64,000 nucleotides of DNA from Lama guanicoe (Eukaryota): contig MU053934.1 of NCBI GenBank assembly GCA_013239625.1, positions 4,234,399 to 4,298,398 of the forward strand, read 5' to 3'. The notes under the pieces were generated by a model. It was given only the letters and a program-made list of their open reading frames with translations. It was not told the origin of the DNA and made no database searches. This document shows, in pieces, positions 40,321 to 50,821 of the stretch. Every line of letters starts with the position of its first letter. Positions within the stretch are counted from its first letter, which is position 1. The translations under genes were made by a program, and so were the position numbers.

Positions 40321-41469
40321 GAGATCCCTGGTCATGAATTTAAAATGAGAGTCAAGACATATTAGAGCCCTGTGCTTTTCCACATCCGTGTTCAGCTCTG
40401 CAGGTGCTGGCATGAAGCAGGTGGACAGCGGGATTTAACCAAGGTTGGACAGAGCCAGCCGAGTGGGACAGAGGGAGAGAGGGTGTTTGTAAGTAAATCA
40501 GTGCAAGAGAGGATAAACAAGGAGAATCTGCCTCCAGCTTAATTTTGCTCAGTGGTAAGTAATTAAAAGCAGTATTTTAAAACAAATCTGGATTCATTCT
40601 GGAGTAGAATGAGGAAAGCACACAAGTTTTTCAGATTACTCAGTAGACTTCAAATATGGTTTTCCTCTTTGAAGTGCTGCTTCCAGCTATACCCCTTGGT
40701 CCTCAAGGGGTAAATTCACTCTTGTTGGAAGTTTGGGAGGCTTTGGGAAAGTCTGAGAAGGACTGTTCTGCTGGTGTGACCCCTCCGACCCCTAACTGGC
40801 CCCCTGGCATTTCACAGGGACCATCTGAGGACATGGTCCAACTAAGAGCAATGACAATATTGATGGAGCAGGAGGGTGGAGGCTGTGCCCTCAGATGGTG
40901 GGGACAGGGGACCAGATCAAGACCTCTCAGGGATGGGGTGGGCACTAGAGGGACAGGTGGGGGTCATAAACCCAGACACTTGAGAGTCCAGTTTAGAGGC
41001 CACATGAGTCAGAGAAATCCAGTTAGACCATGGGGAGGGGACATGGAATACAACAGGGCCCTCCTTCCCCCTCCCTCATCTCCCAGGACCCCAAGGGGAG
41101 CAACACTCTAAGGGTCCAGGCAAGTAATGTCCCAGGGAACAAGTCAGGGACCTGGTTGCCATAACTGGGGCAGGAGGTGGGGATGAGGTGTTAGGAATGA
41201 GGCCAAAGCCCAGTTATCAGAACTGGGACACTTTCCATGTGGGACCTGTGTTCTTTACATCCTTTCTGCATAAATCCTGGGGAGAGGGGTGTGTCTGCAC
41301 CAGGACCTGGCAGAACCTGTCAGGTTGGGTTGGGTGAGGCTTTGGGGCACCAAGATGGCACCCTCTCTGTCTCTGCCTATCACCCTGCCCCAAGTAGCCA
41401 CCTCATTCCTGCTTGACACCCCCAAGGTAGCCCCACCCATGCAAGAAGAGCCTCAGAGTAAACATCATG

Positions 41470-41475
41470 TTTATT
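41470..41475 (-). terminator. NPTXR: NPTXR polyadenylation signal AATAAA
   Basis: TTTATT on +, preceded in transcript direction by U-rich and UGUA elements. Implies a ~4.0 kb 3'UTR (45456 to ~41450), consistent with the long NPTXR mRNA. Confidence 0.7.
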
Positions 41476-44400
41476 TAACATTCAAATTTACAAAAACAAA
41501 AAGGTAACAAAAACCATGACGTATATCACACACACACACATACACACATACCCACATGTTGCATCTCATGTCACTTTATGTACAAAATCAAGCGAGGAGC
41601 TGGGGAGGGGGGCGGGTTGCCAGTACGATGCACTAATTTCACAGTGTCCAACAGCTTGACATGCTCACTCACTGTTCAGCCTGGGCCCACGTGAGCCCTT
41701 CCCAACCCAGGAGGGTCAGGGGTCTAGGGGATATGGGGCTTGGAGTGGCACGCAGCTGAGACAAAGGGGGTGAAGAGAATGATTCCACCTCTGGGAGGGG
41801 GTCCCTTCCCCAGTTTGCTCAGGGCAAGGGTGCTGGGAAACATGGAAAAGGGGGGACACAGTTTTGGGGGGAGTGGGGTCACTGTGTCATGGAGAGAGCA
41901 CTGAATACAGAGTCAGAAAGCTGGGTTCAGGTCTCCCAGTGTGCGGGTTGGGTGACCTTGAAGGCTGCTCACCTACCCTGGGCACTGACGTCCTCATCTG
42001 TAAAACAAGGGCTTCGGAGACTTTCCTGCCCAAATCTGTGGTCCTAGGTCATGCACAATTGTGGCAAGGTGATCTGTCCCCTTGGGATGTTGACTGGGGG
42101 CACAATGTGCCACAAGGTGGGAAAATCTGGCAGATAAGAGCTGTGAAGCACCTGGTGCAGGGCTTGGCCCAAAGCAGGGGTCTGAGAAATATCAGCTTCC
42201 TCCCTTTCACAGCCTGGCACTCTTGGGAGACATCCAGCTTGCCTTCCCCTTTAGCTCTCCTGGAAATTCCAGCCGGTGAGAGAAGGGCTCAGGTGGGGCA
42301 CACTGCACAGGGATGTGTTCCCTGAAGGGGCCAAGAACCCTACCACAGCCTCACCCAAGGTCCTGGGGCCAGCCCATCCCACACCTCCATTCCGCTCAAG
42401 TGGTGAACACGGCCAGGAGCAATTGATGACCAAACCTCACTCCACAGAGAGTGACACAGTGCCTGTCCCCTCTGGCTGAAGGGCAGGCCCTGGATGATAC
42501 CTGCCCTGGCTCTGTCACTTGCTGGCTGATTGACATGAGCAAGTTACTTAATCTCTCTGGGCCCCAGTTTCTTCACCTGTATAATGGGGCTAAGGACAGT
42601 CCTAGCTTAGACCTGTTGTGAGAATAAATGAGACGATGCCTGTAAGGTGCTGAGCATGGTGCCTGACACTTAAAAAGGATTTAACATACAGGGCTCCAGC
42701 CTTGTTTTTAGCCAGGAGACGCTTGAGGACGCAATGAACACCATTTCCCCTCCGTCTTCTTGGCTGTGCCTCGGAGCAGCTAAAGGTCAAAGCTGGAGTC
42801 CAAAGAGCAGGCATTCAGCAAAGGTAAGAAGGATGATCAGTAAATAAAGGAGGGGTGGGGACTTTGGAGCATTCATCTTTCTGGAATGGAAATGGGGACC
42901 CAGGCAATTCACCAATGGCCCAGACTCAGAACCTACATCGGAATGGCTCTAATTTGTCTGTTTCCTCTGGAGGGCTGACCAGGGTGACTCAGCGCAGGTC
43001 AGATGTCTCATTACCATGACGAAGCATAAAGGACTTGGGATGGTGAATCTGGGTGGGCTCAAGTCATTAAATAAGTCCCCTCCTCTTTCCTAAAACCCTT
43101 GCTTTTCCCCAGGTCTCCACAAAAGCTGCTTCCTTAAAAACAATAACAGAAACCCAATAAAGCCCAGTGTCCCCAAAATCTAAGTTCCAAATTCTGCCAT
43201 CACCCCAGCAACAGTGTATGTCATTATGAGACGCTTGACCCAGCACTGGGGCTGATGTCATTGGCTGTTACCGGGGCAACGTAGATCTCGGCAGGTTCTG
43301 GCTGAAGTACACCATTACTCCCTCTTCTAGGGGGAGTTGGGCTAGAGGTGCTGAATGGTCTATTTGTGCTCTTGAAATGGAAACAAGGATCTGGGGGCTG
43401 GAAGCAACAAGTCCTGGAAAGGCTCCATGGCCCTGGGCCCCACTGCCTATAGCTCTTGCATCATGCCTCAGGCTAAGTGGATGTGGGAGCAGAGACAGGG
43501 AACCAAAGAGGGAGGCAAGTGGCACCAGTGCCCATCTGACTCAGGTAGCCAACAGCTTCCCAGACACTTGGTCGATGACCGCCAGGTGGAGAGGCACCTG
43601 AGTTCTCAGCTCTCCGTTCCTGCCAGAGTGCCCAGGGATCACATCTCTCCTTCCCCTACTTTCTGGGGGTGGAGGATGGGAATGCCAAGATGTTTGTGTG
43701 TTTCATAAAGGAAGGTGGTCCAGTGGTCATGTTAGAAAGCATTCTGATTTCTCAAATGTCCATCCTCTTAAGTGTAGGCTGAACTCAAAGACTCTCACGG
43801 GCAGGCAGTATGGTGTCGGGGAAAGAGCACTGGGTCCTAGTCCTGGCTCTGCTCCATTGTGCTGTGTGGTCCTGTGTAAGTCACTTGCCTTCTCTGAGCT
43901 CTTTTCCATCTGTACAAGCAAGAGGTCAGACTGGCTGGCTTTTTTTCAGCTCTGATATTTCTCTCTCTCTCTTGGGGGAGCTGGTAAGGACTCAAGCATA
44001 GGGACCAGGAAGCCACCAGCCCTTTGAGATAGTTTCAGATAGGCAAGGTGCCAGGCTGGGAGGATCCAGAGGGGGCTGAATTTTACAATCTGCACATAAG
44101 GTTCTGCCTTGCCCCTTGCCCTTGCCCTTGCCCCTGACTCTTTGGAGCCAGCTTCTGACCCTGAGCTATGTCTAGCCAGATCCCATATGCTGCCCAGTCC
44201 CAGGACCTGCCCTTGCTATGCCCCTTGGTCCCTGCGCAGATTCTCAGGCTTGCCCCACCCTATCTACCTGAATCACAGATCATCTTACTTTTAATCTAGA
44301 GAGCTCTCATCAGCAATGTCCAAAACAAAGGCCTCAGCTCACAAATGAGGAAGGCCAGCCGAGGGAGGGCAGGGTCTTACAGAAGACCGCGTAACAACTT

Positions 44401-45456
44401 AGTGGTAGGGCTGACTAGGAACCGACGGCTCCTCCTCATCCAATGCTCTGCAAACCACTCCATGTGCCTCCCTGCGCTCTTAGCTTCTTCCTTCCTCCCT
44501 AAAGGCTGCAGGGCCATGCAGAGTGGGTAGGTATTGTGGCTCTCCCAGAGCCTGGGTTCCCTGGGGCACTGTGTCTCTGCCTCATGCTGTTCCCATCCCA
44601 GGATGAAGTGGCCCAGGCCTTGTCCTGGTCCCAGAGGGGGAGAGGTGACTGTGCCAGGGGCACAGCTGTGGGTGGGCACAAGGGGTGACTATGGCCCTTT
44701 GGCCTTCCAGGATCTTGGTCCCTAACCCTCCAGGCTGGAGCTGGGAAGGGAATGTCCTGGAAATTGAGGTGAGGCTGGGCCAGGCATGGATCCAACATTC
44801 AAACCACTGCACACACAGAAACAAGGAAAGAGGAGGAAGAGAGAGGGTGCAGGTCGGGGTGGGGGAAGAGGTTCCATCAAGATCCCTTGACTGGCAGCTG
44901 GTAGAAAGAAGGGAGGAGGGGTGAGTCCGAGTCCCCTGTGGTTCTGTCGTTCCCTCCCAGCTGGGGGGCAGCTCCACAGCCTGTTATGACCCTGAAGGGG
45001 AAGGGGCCAAGCCTGCTGCATGGGGGACAGGGGGAGCAGATAACCATCCTTACCACTGGGTGGGCCCCTCTCCCTCCCCCATACGTACACTCATGGTGGA
45101 GTGCTGCTGAGATCAGTGGAATCAGTTGTGGGGTAGGAAGGGGGTAAGAGAAGGCTCCACTGTAATGCCAGCAGGGTGGGAAGAACTGTGGACACCCCCT
45201 GCCAGGACCTGGACTCACCCCAGGCTTGACCTGTTGACTTAAGCTGCTTGTCCCCATCCAAGTGGCATCAGGGGACAGCCATCACAGGGCAGGGCATCCT
45301 GGAGGTATAGGTACAGGTGGGGGAAACAGGAGGCATGGCCAGGAGTGGGGCAGGAAAGGAGGCCAGTGTGTGGGTAGGCTGAGGAGGGAAGGTGCCTCTG
45401 CCCCAGAAGGTCCCCAAATTGGCAGGCAAGGGAGGGGTCCTGGATGAGGTGGCCCT

Positions 45457-45681
45457 TCATGCTTTGGCCCTCCCCTTGCAGATATCGAAGGTGGCCTTCG
45501 TGGCACCCCCAAAGGCCTCCACTAGCTTGTCTTCCCAGGGGAGGATGTTGCCCAGCAGCGGCCCTGTACAGTTGGCAATACCCAGGACCTGGGCAGGTGT
45601 CAGGGTGTGGTCCCACAGGTTAAACTGGGCAATGTCACCCACGAAGGCCTGGGTGGCATCAAACCGGCCACCAAGGGTATC
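45457..45681 (-). CDS. NPTXR: Neuronal pentraxin receptor exon 5 (pentraxin domain C-terminus)
   Basis: tccAG|GAT acceptor. Encodes DTLGGRFDATQAFVGDIAQFNLWDHTLTPAQVLGIANCTGPLLGNILPWEDKLVEAFGGATKATFDICKGRAKA*. 225 nt. Confidence 0.97.
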   Translation of the reverse strand, partial: DTLGGRFDATQAFVGDIAQFNLWDHTLTPAQVLGIANCTGPLLGNILPWEDKLVEAFGGATKATFDICKGRAKA

Positions 45682-45982
45682 CTGGACCAAAAGAGCAGAG
45701 AGAAAGAAGAGAGACATGGAGTGAGGGAGCAGAAAACACAAGCAGGCACTCAGGAAGTCAAGCCCCTGTCCCTGCTGAAGTCCCGCCCCCCAGGTTCTAG
45801 TCCCGCCCTTGGGCAGGTCACTGCTCTCTTTGGGTCTCACTCAGTCTGCCCATCTGCACAATATAGCTGGGTCAGACTGGGCGCTCACACTGCTGTACTT
45901 TCTGAGACCCTCCATCTCAGGGGCCCTGGGTGGGTGGGATATCTACTTGGGTCCCAAGCCCTGATATCACCCTAAGACTTAC

Positions 45983-46162
45983 CTGCTCCTGACCCAGGAT
46001 AAGGATCCCATGAGGCTTGATGGGGTGCCAGGCGGCCAGGTTCTCACCAGAGCCTTGCAGCTCCCCGTCCTGGTAGGCAAACCACAGGCCATCCCTTGTG
46101 GTCCAGGCAATGCAGATATGGTGCCAGCCATTGTCCTTCAGGCTCAGGGGCAGCTGGGCCAC
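45983..46162 (-). CDS. NPTXR: Neuronal pentraxin receptor exon 4
   Basis: tctAG|GTG ... CAG|GTAAGT, 180 nt. Encodes VAQLPLSLKDNGWHHICIAWTTRDG...GILILGQEQ, including the pentraxin HxCxxW and GQEQ(D) motifs. Confidence 0.97.
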
Positions 46163-47276
46163 CTAGAAACAGGTCCCGAAGCCCCAGGTCAGAGGTGCCA
46201 CATGGCCCAAGGCTAGAGCAGTGGGGTGGGGGATGGTGAGACTAGTGTCCCTCCTTCCAGGGACTGACCTAAGGTCTGACCCTCCCCTTCTTCCCATCCC
46301 AGTGTCTTTCAACCAGTCTTTCTTCTTTCCCTGTGGTGTATAATCAGGCAGCTTCACTCAGATCACAAGGGACTATTCGGTGTTGGTTTTCAGTCGTTTC
46401 CAGGTAGTTTATTCTCTCTCTAACAGGCCTGTAAGGTCATGCAGGGCGGGAGCTGTATCCCATAAGCCTATCTTCACTTGAACACCTTACACAGTGTCCA
46501 GCACACAGCTGGGCTCAAGAACTACTGGCAGTAGTAGAACAAGCCTTGGACTTGGAGGCTGGGCACTACCAACCAACCCCCGTGGGACCTTGGGGTGGCT
46601 GCTCTTTCCTCCCTGGGCCTTAGTCTCCTCACCTGTAAAGTTAGGGGGCTGAGCAAAGGATGGCAAATATGCAGCCAACTCTGCCTCCTCCTCCATCCAA
46701 GGCAGACATGGCTAATCAATCATGAGCCTAGACTCACCCTCGGAACCTTTCTCATCACAGTGCTCTGGGAAGACACTGCTGATTGATTAGAGTTGGCCTG
46801 TGAAATGAAAGGTACTTGGTGCCTGTGGATTTGGGGCTCCCGAAGGGCTCTTTCATCTCCTGAGTTCTCTGAGATCACAATTTAATGCAACAGTCTCTGA
46901 GTCCTACTTGGTGCCAGCCCTAGTTCTGGACACTGGGGATATGGATCTGGTCCTAATCATAAAAAGAGCTGAGTCTGCACAGGAGGAAAGGACTTCAGGG
47001 ACAATATTACAAGGCAGAATAATAGGGGCTGTTTGGGAGGTACAGAGGCTGTGAAGGCCCAGAGGAAGGGGGGCGGTGTGGGAATGGACGTGGAGTCTAG
47101 ACACATTTGGGAATACAGTGGACTCTGACCATTCCGCTGCAAGGCAAACCAAGTTGGGGCAGGAGAGGGCAGAGCAGAAGCAGAACCGTAGAGGCTGGAA
47201 TAAAAGGGGAACTGTGAGTAGCTTGTGAGGCTGGCGCTCAAAAGGCCCCAGAATTTCCAGGACTTGGGCTGCCCTG

Positions 47277-47297
47277 TGCCCTGTCCAGGGTGCTGAA
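47277..47297 (-). promoter_or_regulatory. RE1/NRSE (REST-binding) element in NPTXR intron 3
   Basis: Minus strand TTCAGCACCCTGGACAGGGCA versus consensus TTCAGCACCNNGGACAGCGCC: both half-site cores are perfect, with canonical 2-bp spacing. Confidence 0.75.
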
Positions 47298-48231
47298 TTC
47301 TTTCTATTAGAACTGAGCACTGACCTTGGGCAGATCTAAGGATGGCAGCTGGAGACTGTATGAGCGGAACACGATAGCAGGATCTAGATGTCATCCAGCT
47401 ACCCTGGACATCTGAGAACATACTGGGCCACAAGAGAAATTCACTGTCCCCGGGCCCATCTCCTTCCTCCTCTTCCAGGACACTCATGAACCCTGAGCAG
47501 GGTTCTGCTGGGTGTCAACCACTCCTAGCAGCTCTATGTGGCTGTGGGCTGGTCATGAGTGGGTACAATATGTGGTGTCTGCATTTCTATGGAGTCTCAA
47601 AAGACCACCATGCCTGCAAGACCCAAAGCAATGTGGCAGGCAGGGAGAACTGTTTTGGGGGATGGGGTGATAGTCTAAGGTCACACAGTAGATAAGTGGC
47701 TGAACTAGGACTCCAATCCAGCATTCAGGCCCAGAGCCTGACCATAGCACCATCCGACTCTCCACCTGAGGGGTAGGGCTGGCTGCAGGGGAGGTGAAGG
47801 GGTGAGGAGGCCACCAATAGTCACCCCCCTCTGCTCCTTCCCCAGGTAGGTCCTTGAACTTCATTCCTTCTCTCTTTGTCCAGGAAAATGAGCAGGGCCC
47901 TGGAGACATACACTTCCAGCCTTGCTCATATAGCTGGGTCGCTAGGGAAGTGTCTTAATCTCTGTGAGCTTCACATGCTTCTCTGTAAATGGGACACCAG
48001 TGTTACAGCCTCTCTCGGACACAAAACTCCTCTTCAGCCCGCCCCAGGTCTGGCTTGTCTTTGAATTCCTGGAACCCAGCTTGACACACACTAGGCATTT
48101 CATGTGTGCTGATTCTACTGAGCAGGAGAACGGAAAGGGCCCACATGTTTGGGGCCTAGTGCAGTGCAAGTGGTCCTGGAAGGGTACCCCTTGCCCCTCC
48201 ATCCCTCCTGCTATGCCCAGCCCCCACTCAC

Positions 48232-48479
48232 CTTGTCATTGATCAGCAGCTCCATGGGGTCATGGCCGGCCTCCAGCAACACAATCTCATTGGCCTGCCC
48301 AGGCACCGAGTAGGAGAAAGGGGTGCCCTGGCCAGTGCCTCCCGACTTGGATCGCAGCCACATGCAGACCGTGAAGGCGTAGAGCTCAGGCAGTGCCTTC
48401 CGCACGCGGGCGTACATGTAGTTGTTGCGGATGGGGATGCTGACCTTGAAGGCATCTGGGGGACTGTATGCCGAAGACC
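48232..48479 (-). CDS. NPTXR: Neuronal pentraxin receptor exon 3
   Basis: cctcAG|GG ... AAG|GTGAGT, 248 nt. Encodes (G)SSAYSPPDAFKVSIPIRNNYMYARVRKALPELYAFTVCMWLRS...ELLINDK. Confidence 0.97.
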
Positions 48480-49019
48480 CTGAGGGGGATGAACAAGGCA
48501 GACATGGTGGGGGTCAGTGGACACATGAGGGTGGGCAGGGCATACTCCAGAGTGAGGACTACTAGTACTTGGACACCTGCTATGTGCCAGATGCCTTCAT
48601 CACCTTTTCTACCCTTTCTGTGTTGAAGATGTGGCTAAAGCTCAAGGGCTCTGGACCTGAGACATCCTGGGTTCAAATCCTGCCTCTACCACTTCCCAGC
48701 CATGTGACCTTCAACAAGCTCAACTTAACCTCTCTGGGCTTCGGTTTCCTCAGTAAAATGGGGTAATAACATTTCCTCCCTCCCAGGGTTGTGTGAGGGT
48801 TGAATGGGACAAACTATCTAAAGGGCCTGGCCCCTACTAAGTGCTCAACAAATGTTAGCTACTGCTGTTACCGTTAGAGTTCTTGGTCTATTTATTTAAC
48901 AAGCACTACACAGGGGCTTTCTAGGTGGCAGAAACTGTTTTAAGTGCTTTTACATCCTTTATTGCATTCATTCGTTTCTGTTTGTTTTTTGTTTATTTAT
49001 TTATTTGCATTTATTCTTG

Positions 49020-49150
49020 TAATAAGCCTATGAGGCAGACACTAGTATAATCCTCATTTTACAGATGAGGAAACCTTGGCCCAGAGAGATCAAGTAACCT
49101 TCTCAAGGCCACACAGCTAGTAAGTGGCAGAGCTGGGATTTGAATAAGAC
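49020..49150 (-). mobile_element. MIR SINE (representative of many copies in the window)
   Basis: MIR core 'cctcattttacagatgaggaaacc..ggcccagagaga..aagtaacct.ctcaaggccacacagctagtaagtggcagagctgggatttgaa'. Confidence 0.8.
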
Positions 49151-50169
49151 AATCTTGAGACTCCTTGATCTCCAAGGTGTATCCGGCTCAGAGTTTCAGG
49201 GATTCTATGTCTTGAAAGGGATATCAGAGGGCTTTCTGTGGCAGGTAGACTGAGGAGTCACCGCCCCCAAGGAGAGAGGATAACACCCACCACCCACACC
49301 TCCCTCAGCAAGTGGCTGAGGGCTGGGGATAGGAGGTTGGGGCTGAGAATGGTGGACCCAGAGTTCCCAGGTCTGGTAGGGGTTTAGGGTCAAAGCTATT
49401 GTGATGCATCATGGTGAGAGAGGAAGGGGCTCAATATCTGCCTCTTTAAACCCATTTCATCAGTGAGGAAGTTGAGTCCCAAGAAGAAAGGGATACAGCT
49501 TGCCCATGGCACACAGATATCCTGCTTCATTGCCTCGCTCCTCTCCGTCCTGCGGTCTCTTGAGGGGGCATTTCTGCTAATCCCTTAGGAGGCTCAGTGT
49601 AGAGGGACCAGTGGCAGGACTGGGTAGGGATGAGTTTGCCTTTCTTGACCCTGTGCTCCAACCAGGATGCTGGCCCTGGAACCCACCAGGCCATGCCTTC
49701 TCTTTAGCTGTGCCCCTGCTGTAACCCCTCTACTCCAGAATTCACTCTCCACCTCTGCTTTCAAGAACTAGCTAGAGGCCCACCTCCTCCAGGAAGCCTC
49801 CTGGATTTCCTTCTCCTTAACTCCTCTCCCACATCTAAGTCAATCCCAGCTAATTGCTCATGGTTTCCCTTGGTAGCTTCAACTTGTCTATAAGCTTTTG
49901 AGGGTGGTCTTCACAAAGTTTAAAAGATGAAAGGTCCCTGAGAGCTCGTGAGTCCTAAATTCCCCTTTTTTCAGATGAGGAAAATGAGGCCTGGGAAAAG
50001 GAAGTAAACTTGCAAAGTCACAGAGCAAGCCAGTGACGGCTGTGGAATGAGGAGGCAGGTCCCCTGATGCACATACCTGTACACTGTCCATTACGGCATG
50101 TTTCTCTGACTTCCAGCGGTGCCAGGCCCAGGTGATAAACAAATGACAAAATTCTGACATTTAAGGTGT

Positions 50170-50400
50170 TATTGTGGGAGTAGTTAAATGCATGGACTTT
50201 GAAGTCAGACCTGGTTTAAGGTCTAGATCCACTCCTTACTGGCTGTGTGACCTTGGGCAAGCCACTTAACCCCTCTGGGCCTTATTTTCCTCATCTGTGA
50301 AATGGGGATAACAGTACCATCACTATAGGGTTTGTGAAGATTAAACCAGCTGATGTGGTAAGTACTTAGCCCACTCCCAGAACATTGTAAGTGCCAGAAA
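50170..50400 (+). mobile_element. MIR SINE
   Basis: 'ggctgtgtgaccttgggcaagccacttaacccctctgggcct...tcctcatctgtgaaatggggataacagtac'. Confidence 0.8.
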
Positions 50401-50595
50401 ATGCTTTAAAAATCATGATCATGATATCCCCCAATTATTCTCTCTCTCGTGTTTCACAGCCTCCTCTTCACCATCCCATCTAGCTTTAGCCTCTCGAGAG
50501 CATGAAAATGTTTTTTGAGTGAATCTGCCACCCTAAGGACCTGTCTAAGGACCAAGGCCTCGCCTGCCATGCCCTCTGAGGGGCCCAGGACCCAC

Positions 50596-50821
50596 CGTGC
50601 TCCAGTTCAGCTACGCGGTCCTGCAGGGCATCCAGCTCCTTCTCCACCTCCTGCCGCTGCTGCTGGCTGCTGTGACTGAGGGCCACACGCTCCTTCTCCA
50701 GTGCCAGCACCTTGGCCAGCAGCTGGCCCTCCAGCTCATCCATCTTGGAGTGCAGGGCTGTGGGCACCGCGGGTGCAGGGGCTGGGGCTGCTGTGTAGTT
50801 CACCCGGGCCGGAAGCTCCTG
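50596..50821 (-). CDS. NPTXR: Neuronal pentraxin receptor exon 2 (coiled coil)
   Basis: gagcAG|CAG ... CAC G|GTGGGT, 226 nt. Encodes QELPARVNYTAAPAPAPAVPTALHSKMDELEGQLLAKVLALEKERVALSHSSQQQRQEVEKELDALQDRVAELEH(G). Confidence 0.96.
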
